A DNA stretch of 64,000 bases from Methanobacteriota archaeon (GTDB lineage: Archaea; Thermoplasmatota; Poseidoniia; Poseidoniales; Thalassarchaeaceae). A program made the translations under genes and the position numbers. Under the pieces are notes generated by a model. The model saw only the letters and a list, made by a program, of their open reading frames with translations. It was not told where the DNA came from and searched no databases. The stretch spans positions 683 to 64,682 of the forward strand of contig JABIGF010000014.1 of the NCBI GenBank assembly GCA_018650285.1, read 5' to 3'. Shown in pieces: positions 1 through 9,559 of this stretch; position 1 is the stretch's first letter; each line of letters opens with the position of its first letter.

Positions 1-1
1 G

Positions 2-877
2 CGTGCTAATCTTGAACTTCCTCAACATGGAGAACCTACACTCCGTGAAGTATCTCGATGTATGCGCGCATGCAGAAAATCTGTAGAATACGACCCTGAA
101 AACCGCCCCGCTTGGTGGCGTGGAGGGCAAATACTCGTCCAAGAACTCGGGATGCTTGAAGAAGCTCTCAGTTGGTGGCAAAGACGCCGCGAAGTATCGC
201 CAACCGACCCCGAGCCACTGATTGAACAAGTAGCAATTCTATCTGACCTCGGACAATATGGTGCTGCTGCAGAGAGATTAAACCAACTCTGGGCAGAAGG
301 AATGGACGTCATGGCTCATTCGCAATTAATGCAAACAGCCCGACTTCATGGCACCGTGAAAAAGGCTGCAGACCGTGAAAAAACCCTCATTTTCCAACCT
401 TGGGAAAATGACCATCCTGGGTGGAAAGATATTGAATTTCAACGCAAGAAAAAACCAGCAAACGAACAAGTCACCTTCCTCATGCTTGCTGGACCTATCG
501 TCATGACCGAAGTGTTGTTATGGAATTCAATTGAATTCTCTGGTTCAGTATGGTTGCCTATGATTTCCGGATTTTTACTAGTTGTTGCAACCGTACTTAT
601 CGGCGTAAAATGGTCAAAATCAGTCACAATGCGACTAAATCGGCCTGCTTACAATGTTATCAGAGCAACTGATGTTGAAATGAGTTCAGGAAAAGTCTGC
701 TTCCCAACTGATTGGCGCCCTCTAAAGCTCTATCAAACCCTACTCAAATATCGAACTAAGGCATTCCAAGAACGTCTTGAAAAGGTGGTAAAATCAAATG
801 AACCTCTACCTAAAAATTGGAGGCCACGGATACCAGACCTCACTACTGTTGACATCGTTTTTGAGGAAGAAGAGTGA
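2..877 (+). CDS. TPR-like repeat protein with two hydrophobic helices, 5'-truncated by the window edge
   Basis: The frame of ORF 62..877 stays open back to nt 2, so the gene probably enters from the left edge. It has helical TPR-like repeats (EEALSWWQRRREVSPTDPEPLIEQVAILSDLGQYGAAAERL), then two hydrophobic segments (VTFLMLAGPIVMTEVLLW; VWLPMISGFLLVVATVLIGV). I recognised no catalytic motif. Confidence 0.5.
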   Translation, partial: RANLELPQHGEPTLREVSRCMRACRKSVEYDPENRPAWWRGGQILVQELGMLEEALSWWQRRREVSPTDPEPLIEQVAILSDLGQYGAAAERLNQLWAEGMDVMAHSQLMQTARLHGTVKKAADREKTLIFQPWENDHPGWKDIEFQRKKKPANEQVTFLMLAGPIVMTEVLLWNSIEFSGSVWLPMISGFLLVVATVLIGVKWSKSVTMRLNRPAYNVIRATDVEMSSGKVCFPTDWRPLKLYQTLLKYRTKAFQERLEKVVKSNEPLPKNWRPRIPDLTTVDIVFEEEE

Positions 878-887
878 CATTTTCTAG

Positions 888-2153
888 TTAAGTACCGTGT
901 GAATAATCTTCGTGGTATGCTTTCTGCTCTGCCGTTAATTCGTCTAGTTGTCGGCCTTCTGCTGCTAGTTTGAAGCCTGCCAATTCTGAATCTTGTTGAT
1001 GAGAGATGTCATAGACCAAGTTATCGTAACCCTTCCCTTCAGCCGCTAGTAAGCAAAGTGAGAGGAATTGATTTGCAAATGACATATCCATCACTTCCGA
1101 AGGATGGCCTTCAGCCGCTGCTAAGTTAACTAAACGACCGCGAGCAAGTAAGTGGATTTGACGCCCATTTTTCATTGAAAATTCCTCGTTATCGGTGCGT
1201 ATCGTACGCACTGAATCAGACAACGATTCCAAATCAGGCACATTGATTTCACAATCATAATGGCCAGTATTACAGACGATTGCACCGTTCTTCATTGACT
1301 CAAAGTGGCGCCCAACCAACACATCAACCATCCCAGTTGCAGTACAAAATATATCGCCAACTTTTGCAGCATCATCCATCTGCATTACTTGGAATCCATC
1401 CATGTGTGCCTTGAGAGCTGCTAGAGGATCAATCTCCGTAATTACGACATTCGAGCCCATTCCTCGGGCTCGATTTGCCAATCCTTTACCACAGTGACCA
1501 TATCCAGCAATAACAAAAGTTTTGCCTGCCAATAATACAGAAGTTGCTCGCAGTATCCCATCTAATGTAGATTGCCCCGTGCCATGAACATTGTCAAAAT
1601 CCCATTTTGTAATCGCGTCATTAACCGCAATAACCGGATAGCGAAGTTTTCCAGCATCAGCCATCCCTCTCAGCCTGTGAACACCAGTAGTGGTTTCTTC
1701 TGTACCCCCAATCACCTTGTCCATTGCATCGGTGCGTGAATCATGAACTCTGAAAATTAGGTCAGCCCCATCATCCAAAGTCAAGGTAGGTTCGGCATCA
1801 ATTGTTTGGTCGATACACCAGTAGAAATCTTCTACTGACTGGCCATGCCAAGCGTAAATTCCGTATCCTTCTCTTGCTAACCAAGCAGCGACATCGTCCT
1901 GAGTTGAAAGTGGATTGCATCCCGACCATGAAACTTTAGCACCGGCAGCCGCAATCGTCTCAATTAGCACTGCGGTCTCTTTGGTAACATGTAAACAACC
2001 GGCAACAGTCATACCTGCTAGGGGTTGTTCCTTCTCTGCTTTCTCTTTCAAAAGAGCGAGTACAGGCATCCTACTACGAGCCCAATCAACCCTTAGTGCA
2101 CCTTCATCAGCCAAGCTGAGGTCTGCAACCTTGTATTCGGCGCCTTCGTCCAT
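888..2153 (-). CDS. ahcY: S-adenosyl-L-homocysteine hydrolase
   Basis: Full-length match to the AhcY pattern: YKVADLSLADEG N-terminus, GCNPLSTQDDVAAWL, NAD-binding GYGHCGKGLANRARGMGSNVVITEIDP, and GHYDCEI. The ORF track starts at a GTG at 2186, but the ATG at 2153 (MDEGAEYKVADLSLA) fits archaeal AhcY N-termini better. Confidence 0.95.
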   Translation of the reverse strand: MDEGAEYKVADLSLADEGALRVDWARSRMPVLALLKEKAEKEQPLAGMTVAGCLHVTKETAVLIETIAAAGAKVSWSGCNPLSTQDDVAAWLAREGYGIYAWHGQSVEDFYWCIDQTIDAEPTLTLDDGADLIFRVHDSRTDAMDKVIGGTEETTTGVHRLRGMADAGKLRYPVIAVNDAITKWDFDNVHGTGQSTLDGILRATSVLLAGKTFVIAGYGHCGKGLANRARGMGSNVVITEIDPLAALKAHMDGFQVMQMDDAAKVGDIFCTATGMVDVLVGRHFESMKNGAIVCNTGHYDCEINVPDLESLSDSVRTIRTDNEEFSMKNGRQIHLLARGRLVNLAAAEGHPSEVMDMSFANQFLSLCLLAAEGKGYDNLVYDISHQQDSELAGFKLAAEGRQLDELTAEQKAYHEDYSHGT

Positions 2154-2243
2154 TGAATCGGCGAAACGGACTTGGTTCAAAAGCACGCGGTAGAACCCTT
2201 CAAGGTGAAATTCTCAAATGCTAGAGATGTGCGAATCGGCAAC

Positions 2244-2285
2244 CCTCCCTTTGCAGGGAGGTGGCCACAGCTGCCAAACGGCAGC
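2244..2285 (-). terminator. two adjacent GC-rich hairpins just after the stop of the 2123-aa gene (candidate terminator or RNA-stabilising structure)
   Basis: Hairpin 1 is CCTCCCT/TTGC/AGGGAGG (2244-2261, 7 bp). Hairpin 2 is GCTGCC/AAAC/GGCAGC (2270-2285, 6 bp). They begin 10 nt downstream (minus strand) of the stop at 2295-2297. No long T-run follows, so function is uncertain. Confidence 0.35.
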
Positions 2286-2294
2286 CGCGGCCCG

Positions 2295-5200
2295 TCACTG
2301 TTGGCCGAAATGGCCGGCATACTGTTGGGCGTATTGCCGAGCAGTGTCCTCAGGGTAGCCTTGTGCAATCAACTGCTGCACATATGCTTCCATTGGGTCC
2401 ATGTCTTCAACATTAGCGAAACCAGTTTCATCAGAGGAACCGCCACGCACACGGATTACAAGCAGAGTAGCAATTACAATCACAAGTAGAGCAAGTGCAC
2501 CAATTCCAGCAAAGAGGATTGTGTTAGACAATCCACCACCGCCTTGGGTGTCAGTTCCTCCACTATCACAGCCATCAGCTGTTGGGTCTGCTACACAAGG
2601 ATCAACATCAACAACCACTGGTGGTAGGTTGATGTCTATCTGTTGGTAAAGAGTCCATGTCTGACCATCACCCTCAACAATCTTCAGATAAATTGTCTGA
2701 GTTGAGCCATTTTCATCATACAAGTCTTCTACCTTCAACTTGAGACTGAATGCCGAGCCATCGCCAAGGTTACGTACATCTGCAAACTTGCCATCACGCA
2801 ACTGCTTAACCTTCTCATCGATTGTCTCATTCAAGATTGATGAATCCAATGCTGCTTCAATTGCTACATCTCCACCTTCGCTTCCAGAGAGAACTGAACC
2901 ATTAACCCAAACATAATCGCCAGTTTGAGTTGAACCGTCTAATGGAGTTGCAATTTCCCAAACAGGTGCATCATCACCCCAATCCTCAGGTACAATCACG
3001 AAATACATCTTGACCTTCTCAGAATCTCGACCTGCTCGGTCAAGAACTTCCAACTCAATACGAATTGGGTTTTCAGCAAATCCAGATGGGTCTGCAGTTT
3101 GGTTATGGAATGTGTATGTCCAGTCACAGCCCATTGCTGCAGTACGCTCAAAGGTGTGGCCATCATAATCGTTAGATGGGTTGTTCCATGGGTAATCCTG
3201 GAAGACCTTCCAAGTGTATGTGGTAATGCCACTCTCTCCACCCATTGCATCTGGGTCGTTTGAGCCACAAGCATCGAACTTGACCTTCACGTCACCACTT
3301 GCAGACAACTTTGCAAGGTATACTGGCCAGTCTGAACCACCAGAACTCTTGGTTCCATGGTCTTCCAAACTGTCAGGGTATAGTGGGTGCTCATCCACAG
3401 TTACGTTTGCAACTGGGTCTGATTCATCAGCCAAGATATCGTTTGTCTGTAGAGTTAGGTGAGTGATTCTTGTGTGTCCTGCTGCATCATGTAGGTATAG
3501 TGTGACATCCCATGAAGCATCTTGGATACAACCAGTGCCGTCAGGGTTTGTGTCAATTAAACAGAAAGTAACCTGATGTGAATCATCAGCACGGTGTGCA
3601 TATACAACATTTGGTGGGAACTGATTTCGGTCCCAATCTGTTGAACCTCTGATTTCCCAATCTGCATCTAAGCCTGCTAGAGTAGATGTGAAAGCAAAGT
3701 CAACAATACTACTTGACTTGAGATAAACTGTATCTGCATATTCACCTGACGCATCTGCTTGAGATGGTGCTGCACCGTTTACTGTGAGGTCCCATCCGTT
3801 ACCAGCAATTCCAAGTTCTGTTGGATATGGAGTCACTTGGTAAGCAAGCAAGTTGCTACGTAGAGGTGACGATGTACTGCCGTAAGGTTCTGAGACGCTT
3901 GGATTCTCAACATCTATTGTACTAACAATCAAACCACCACTACCTACACCACAAGTAGCAAGCATGTGCATGCTTGAATCTGAACTGTGACTTAGCAAAC
4001 TGTGGAAAGTTCCCTGTTGTGCATTGATGAGGCCGCCACAAGGTGTCGGCAACTTGTTTGCACCAGCACTTGCAGTAGACAATGCTGCATTTGCAACATA
4101 GTTACCGTTATTCATTCCTAACCATGCAGTATCACTTACATTTGCAAGAAGTGGATGATATGGGTCTGCGATATTGAGATCGCTATGACCGACTTGGTTA
4201 CCTGATGTATCACGGTTGAGAACAACCATGTTATACAACAAATTGTCATCTAATCCCTCAGCATACGGGCCAAGATGGACTTCAATTGTTCCACCAGCCA
4301 TCATGTAATTCTTCAAGATTGTTTCAGTTGCTGATTCACCAAGACGACCGTAGTAGTTTCCAGCCTGCACATTTGCAGTAGTCTGCCATGGGAGTAGAAC
4401 CTTGGAGTAGTGGTCAAGCCAACCACTCGCTAGGTATGTATCCCAATCCACTTGACGGAACTGTGTGTAGGTCAAGCCCATAGAATCCAAATCTTGTTTG
4501 ACACTCTGTAATCTGTTTTGGTCAGTTGGATTAGATAGAATCGCAACATCTACAGTATCAGCGAAACTGATTGTAAAGTTACGTTGGTTCCCTGATGGTG
4601 TACCATCAACGAGTTCAGCATAGAAACGTAAGTCATATGTCTCTCCATCAGTCCAACCATTATACGGTTGGAAAGTTGCCTGACTGTTTTCATGTGAGGT
4701 AAGAGTGATTGGACTATTTGTTGAAGTCGTGGAAGAAACTGTTGTTCCAGATGAATCAACGATATCTAGGTAGATATTGTAGTCACCAGCAAGTACACCG
4801 TTGCTCAGAGGCACGGTGAATTGATGAGTCAACGCTTGGTCAATAGGATAGACACAGTCGTAGTCTACATCTTCTACACAATCTAAGACATCTGGTCGAT
4901 AAAGTGTGACATCAACGGAAGCCACCTCGAAAATAACCTTTGAAACGTTGTTTCCAAGAGCTACTTCTGCAACATTGGTCCAGTTGTTTCCTGCTGTAGT
5001 GTTGTCAAAGATACTCATGACATCAATTCGATAAATTCCTTGTTGGAAGTTATGTGTAGCAATGGAAACATTGCGCTCTTCACGGGCATCAATTCCAGTA
5101 ACACTCGCGGTATAAGACTGGTCTGGGGTGAAGGTATACTCTTGCACTGTCAGGTTATCAATTGCGAAACCTGCGAAACCTGCCTGGCCGTTAATTCCAT

Positions 5201-8200
5201 CACCATTTGATAGGAAACGGAAAGTTAAGTCGACCTCTGCTCCAGCCATTGAAGTACACTCGGTACGCCACTGGGTAGATGCACCTGTGCGGTTCTGCAA
5301 TACAATGTGAGTCAAATCAAGTGTGACTGACTTTACAATTCCTTCACTGTCAAACCATACAACATAGTTCCCTTGATCTGTGTGGTCACCGATGTATTCA
5401 ACTTCGTCAAAGGTACCATCTTCATCAATATCTTCACAAGACTGATTTGGACCACCAAGAATTCCATTCTCATTGTAATCGTTCCATGAACCATAAACTA
5501 ATCCTTCGTAAGTTTGAGAGCCCTTTCTCCAACTAATCTCAAGTGCCGCATATTCGTTGACGTTCACAATGTTACCATTTGAATCTGTCAAATAATCTGA
5601 CTCTGCGAAATAATCATAAGTCAAGTAGGCAAAATCTCCGCCCATGTTTCTCAGGTCAATTGTTTGGAGAGTCATTGACTCGTTCCAATCATCACCATAG
5701 CCAGTATCTGGATGTCCGAACCAGTAGGCATTGCTACCAAACAGAGGTCGGTTACCTGGTACAATCGCATTTTGCACGCTTGCATCGCTATCATCGACAA
5801 TTCCACCAACACCGTCGCTGTCATCGCCAAACATGTATGCACATGCGCTTGGCTCAAAGTCCTCTACATCCTTACATGGATTTGTAAAGAGAGCATTTGG
5901 TTGTGCTGTGTATACTGTTGCTTGAACGTCAAAGTCCATCACAGTATTTCCAGAGTTTTCAACAATCACATCAATTGGCATATCACCAGAAGCATACAAC
6001 TGCCCACGGCCAAACGAAGTTATCTCATTGACTGCTGGGTCGTACAAATTTAGGACATTCATCTTCCAACGAGTATCATCGTTGCTTGAATCTTCATTTG
6101 CAAATCCTGTCGGAGCAGATAGTGCTCCTTCAATCATATATTCGGTACCATTCACAAAGTAAGCATTCAGAGTAATTGTCTGCTCGTCACCAGGAGCGAA
6201 GTTGTTGAGGTTAAGGGTCTGAGAGACCGGCTGAACCTGTCCGTATTGAGTGATTGTCTTCTTGATAGAGAGGTTGTCAAACGCCATTCCATCCCACTGG
6301 GTGTTTCGAGATGTGTTGTCACGCCCTACACTTCCTTCGTAACCTGTTCGGAAACGGAATCGAAGGTCAATTGTCTGGCCAGCCCATGGAGTCAAATCCA
6401 ATGAGTCGTTTCCAGACAAATCCATCCAACTGTAATTTGTTCCTGTGAAATGGTAGATGCTACTCGTGTATTCAACTGAGCCACCATTTCTATAATACTC
6501 ATTGAGTCTTACAAGGTCATACCCACCACGATAAATGACTGGGACCCAGCCTTCATCATCAGTATATACATCAATGTTACATGAGTCATCAAAAATTACC
6601 ATTCCAGAGATTGAACCCTGGGCATTGACATAATGGACAACTGAATATCCTGCACTGCAGAAGAGATCCAGTTCAAGTGAAGCTGCATCAGCACCAGTTA
6701 AATCGATATTTCTGAGAATCATTCCCTCATCTTGATTGGATAAGTATCCACTTTCCATCTGATTACTAGATGTTGCATTTGGATGCCATGTCCCAGCCCA
6801 CATGTAATCCGTCGGATTCACATCGGCTTCCCAACCATCAGGAGATGTAGAGTGGTTCGCTGCAACCTCTTCGTGCCAGAAGAATTCTTCATTATCATAA
6901 TCGGCATATGCCCAAGTACATCCTGTACCACAATTTACTGCCGCTGCTGTTTCATAATCATTTGAATAAACAACAGTATCAGCACCACCAGTGATTTCTT
7001 TGACTGAAACATCAACATCAACACTACCTGAAATAGAATCAAGGCCAGTGTTTTGCACAGTCACATTCACTTCACGAGTACCTTCACCAATGGTCATACG
7101 ACCAGTATCTGGATTGAAACTAGCCGGCGAGACTGTTATCCCTGATATCCCTAGGTCTTCATTGTCAAGTTGAACGACTGAGATTGCATCAAGATTACCG
7201 CATCCAAAACCATTCAGTTGTGGATTCAATGGGTCAAACGCACATCCCTTTGAGTCAATATGTAGAGCACCGTTAGAGTATTGGTATGTGTAATCACGAT
7301 TACCGATTGCTAAGTCAAGTGCACTCGATGCGCCACCAGCAAACTGGCCTACTAGAACCATTGTTGGTCGACGACCAACAGGCATTGACTGAGGGGTATG
7401 GAATCCACCAGAACCATCAGAAAGAATGATTTGAACGGTGTTCAATTCTTCCAAGTTATCCATTGAGTATGATGTAACAGTATTACCACTTGCACCAGTC
7501 AAACTAGTGATGGTAGAAGTTGTTGGCACAACCATGTCAATAGCACCATCTTGGTTAACATCCTGCAATTCAACCGAGGCAGGTACGAATGAACCTATAC
7601 TCGGAGATATGGCAATCTGTTGCCAATTGCTCTGAGATGGACAAGGTGCTGCTGCGCAACTCTGCAATACAACAGATGTCAAATTGGTAATTGCCATTGT
7701 GTCAATCTTTCCATCGCTATCTTCATCAGCGATATCAAATTCACCACTTTCAGAATTCAACTTGATTGTGTGTTGCTTGTTTGGGTCGTTCCATGCTGCG
7801 AATGTGTCGAGCGTACATTCGAATTCAACAATTGATACGTTATCCCAATCACCATCTTGGAAACCTGTCGCTGCATTAAATCCTGGCCAGAAATGTAGGA
7901 ATGCATCTAAGTCGTCACAATCATTTCCAATTGGACCACCAACTACTGCCTCACCAAAGTTTCCAAGTCTAATATCTGCATAGACCTTATTTGCCAAATT
8001 ATCAAGAGTTGTAATCTTGTGATTTGTTGCTGCGTTGTTTCGCTGTGCTCCACCCAAATAGGTCAACAAACGCTGAGTACCTGAAGCCATATCTTGTAAT
8101 TCAAGAACTACAATATCATCAACACCATCTCCGTTGACATCATCAATTTGGAAATTCCATACGATGTCCCCCATGGTGTATACTGCGTCCTCAGTAAAAG

Positions 8201-8666
8201 AACCGGCACAGTCATCATTCGTTAGAACAGTCAGGTTACCTCGAATAACTTCTGTAGAACCCCAAATTTGGATATTTCCTTGATAGAAGACTATGTCATC
8301 CTTGCCGTCATCATCAATATCTCCAACTTCAACACCGCCAACATCCGCAATATCGGTAAAACCTGCACGGCGGGTTGCATTGTTTGAAACCCACAAGTCC
8401 GTTCGGTCTTGGTAAGTTCCACCATCATTCCAGAGAATGGACAAGAAATTGCCCATCTCGCTCGCGGTCACGATATCATCATCACCATCACAATCGAAGT
8501 CACCAGTTGCAAGATCCAAAGGATTTCTTGTTACTGGGTACTGTTTCGAATTGCTCGCTGCGACATCCAATACTGCCAACGAAGTTGACAGCACCATTAA
8601 TGCAACCAGTGCGACGGCTTTAACTCGTGCCTTGTTCATGTTCAGTTCAAAGGTATGGCTCGACAT
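2295..8666 (-). CDS. giant (2123 aa) cell-surface protein: N-terminal signal/anchor, FG-GAP/VCBS-type beta-propeller repeats, CARDB-like and PKD-like Ig-fold modules, C-terminal TM anchor and 52-aa cytoplasmic tail
   Basis: One uninterrupted 6.4-kb ORF. N-terminal hydrophobic segment AVALVALMVLSTSLAVL. Repeated Ca-binding FG-GAP signatures (GDFDCDGDDDIV, GDIDDDGKDDIV, DDVNGDGVDDIVV, DVNQDGAIDMVV). CARDB-like strands (VNVTVQNTGLDSISGSVDVDVSV; IDVIVENSGNTVMDFDV). C-terminal TM ILFAGIGALALLVIVIATLLVI followed by RVRGG. Confidence 0.85.
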   Translation of the reverse strand: MSSHTFELNMNKARVKAVALVALMVLSTSLAVLDVAASNSKQYPVTRNPLDLATGDFDCDGDDDIVTASEMGNFLSILWNDGGTYQDRTDLWVSNNATRRAGFTDIADVGGVEVGDIDDDGKDDIVFYQGNIQIWGSTEVIRGNLTVLTNDDCAGSFTEDAVYTMGDIVWNFQIDDVNGDGVDDIVVLELQDMASGTQRLLTYLGGAQRNNAATNHKITTLDNLANKVYADIRLGNFGEAVVGGPIGNDCDDLDAFLHFWPGFNAATGFQDGDWDNVSIVEFECTLDTFAAWNDPNKQHTIKLNSESGEFDIADEDSDGKIDTMAITNLTSVVLQSCAAAPCPSQSNWQQIAISPSIGSFVPASVELQDVNQDGAIDMVVPTTSTITSLTGASGNTVTSYSMDNLEELNTVQIILSDGSGGFHTPQSMPVGRRPTMVLVGQFAGGASSALDLAIGNRDYTYQYSNGALHIDSKGCAFDPLNPQLNGFGCGNLDAISVVQLDNEDLGISGITVSPASFNPDTGRMTIGEGTREVNVTVQNTGLDSISGSVDVDVSVKEITGGADTVVYSNDYETAAAVNCGTGCTWAYADYDNEEFFWHEEVAANHSTSPDGWEADVNPTDYMWAGTWHPNATSSNQMESGYLSNQDEGMILRNIDLTGADAASLELDLFCSAGYSVVHYVNAQGSISGMVIFDDSCNIDVYTDDEGWVPVIYRGGYDLVRLNEYYRNGGSVEYTSSIYHFTGTNYSWMDLSGNDSLDLTPWAGQTIDLRFRFRTGYEGSVGRDNTSRNTQWDGMAFDNLSIKKTITQYGQVQPVSQTLNLNNFAPGDEQTITLNAYFVNGTEYMIEGALSAPTGFANEDSSNDDTRWKMNVLNLYDPAVNEITSFGRGQLYASGDMPIDVIVENSGNTVMDFDVQATVYTAQPNALFTNPCKDVEDFEPSACAYMFGDDSDGVGGIVDDSDASVQNAIVPGNRPLFGSNAYWFGHPDTGYGDDWNESMTLQTIDLRNMGGDFAYLTYDYFAESDYLTDSNGNIVNVNEYAALEISWRKGSQTYEGLVYGSWNDYNENGILGGPNQSCEDIDEDGTFDEVEYIGDHTDQGNYVVWFDSEGIVKSVTLDLTHIVLQNRTGASTQWRTECTSMAGAEVDLTFRFLSNGDGINGQAGFAGFAIDNLTVQEYTFTPDQSYTASVTGIDAREERNVSIATHNFQQGIYRIDVMSIFDNTTAGNNWTNVAEVALGNNVSKVIFEVASVDVTLYRPDVLDCVEDVDYDCVYPIDQALTHQFTVPLSNGVLAGDYNIYLDIVDSSGTTVSSTTSTNSPITLTSHENSQATFQPYNGWTDGETYDLRFYAELVDGTPSGNQRNFTISFADTVDVAILSNPTDQNRLQSVKQDLDSMGLTYTQFRQVDWDTYLASGWLDHYSKVLLPWQTTANVQAGNYYGRLGESATETILKNYMMAGGTIEVHLGPYAEGLDDNLLYNMVVLNRDTSGNQVGHSDLNIADPYHPLLANVSDTAWLGMNNGNYVANAALSTASAGANKLPTPCGGLINAQQGTFHSLLSHSSDSSMHMLATCGVGSGGLIVSTIDVENPSVSEPYGSTSSPLRSNLLAYQVTPYPTELGIAGNGWDLTVNGAAPSQADASGEYADTVYLKSSSIVDFAFTSTLAGLDADWEIRGSTDWDRNQFPPNVVYAHRADDSHQVTFCLIDTNPDGTGCIQDASWDVTLYLHDAAGHTRITHLTLQTNDILADESDPVANVTVDEHPLYPDSLEDHGTKSSGGSDWPVYLAKLSASGDVKVKFDACGSNDPDAMGGESGITTYTWKVFQDYPWNNPSNDYDGHTFERTAAMGCDWTYTFHNQTADPSGFAENPIRIELEVLDRAGRDSEKVKMYFVIVPEDWGDDAPVWEIATPLDGSTQTGDYVWVNGSVLSGSEGGDVAIEAALDSSILNETIDEKVKQLRDGKFADVRNLGDGSAFSLKLKVEDLYDENGSTQTIYLKIVEGDGQTWTLYQQIDINLPPVVVDVDPCVADPTADGCDSGGTDTQGGGGLSNTILFAGIGALALLVIVIATLLVIRVRGGSSDETGFANVEDMDPMEAYVQQLIAQGYPEDTARQYAQQYAGHFGQQ

Positions 8667-8845
8667 ACAAACACAACCGACTTTGTGCCTTCTTATTACT
8701 CCTTTCGTGCGCGTGTGCGAGTGCTGCTTCGTAAAATTGCTTGCAGTACAACGTTTAACATTTGCGAATATGTCGCCACCGAGTGGTTCGCAATACTCCT
8801 AGAATAACCAGAAAGTTGATGATTTACCATCAATGAAAACCAATT

Positions 8846-9478
8846 TCAAGGGGCATCAAGCCAAGCAGGTGAAGGGCCAAATCCTTCTTTAGTTCCGCCA
8901 TAAATTTTCACTAATTTTCCTAGTTGATATTGAGTTTCAAGCCACCCCTCGACAAGGTCATCGTCTAGGTCATGGCGCCCATGAATTGTTTTGATTATCA
9001 CATCGGCCGGTAAACCCATTACACCAAATCTACGAACTGCTATGCGCAATGCCTCGCGCAACCAACCCTCTGCTTCAGGTTCAGTTGAAGGTGACCCTTG
9101 AGGTGGTTTTGGCATCTCATCATATTCATCAAGAATTGCCCTGAGGTCGATGACCGTTGGTGATTCTTCCTTGAAGATTCCAAGTTTGGCCATCTCTTCT
9201 TCAATACTCAACTCGCCGATAATCCTCCTCACTGTGAGAACTTTCGAAGGGTCGGGAGTCGGCCCAGGTAAGGGCTTCTTCCCCCTTTGTGATGTAGTTG
9301 AAGATGAAATGATTGGGTCGCCGTCCGAACCAATTGAAAGTCGCTCAAGCAAACCAATATCAGTCAATTCCAATTGCTCCCTCCAATTTTCAACCCAATT
9401 TCGCTCACCTTCAACTAGGATTTCAATCCCTTCATCGGGTGAGCGGAAGCGGAAGCAGGTGCGGATTTCGTCTACCAC
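8846..9478 (-). CDS. hypothetical soluble protein (210 aa) with two Pro-rich linkers, encoded between the two giant surface-protein genes
   Basis: Clean ORF co-directional with both giants, with no TM segment. Pro-rich stretches are KKPLPGPTPDPSK and MPKPPQGSPSTEPE. The C-terminal part is helical (WLREALRIAVRRFGVMGLPADVIIKTIHG). I recognised no family. Confidence 0.55.
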   Translation of the reverse strand: MVDEIRTCFRFRSPDEGIEILVEGERNWVENWREQLELTDIGLLERLSIGSDGDPIISSSTTSQRGKKPLPGPTPDPSKVLTVRRIIGELSIEEEMAKLGIFKEESPTVIDLRAILDEYDEMPKPPQGSPSTEPEAEGWLREALRIAVRRFGVMGLPADVIIKTIHGRHDLDDDLVEGWLETQYQLGKLVKIYGGTKEGFGPSPAWLDAP

Positions 9479-9559
9479 GAACCAATAGCGAGCGGGGGTG
9501 GTTCTTGAACCAACCGTTGTAAAGTCACATCATATTTGCAAATAAAAACGGAACTTGAC

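Noticed and set aside
2154-2294. Possible SAH riboswitch upstream of ahcY, by analogy with bacteria.
   Set aside because: Reading the minus strand, I find only two simple hairpins that sit right after the upstream gene's stop. I could not locate the conserved SAH-element core as I recall it (a GGCUC-type junction and an AACGGCGCUC-like 3' strand) or a pseudoknot. A terminator or stabiliser role is more likely. An Infernal scan with RF01057 would settle it.
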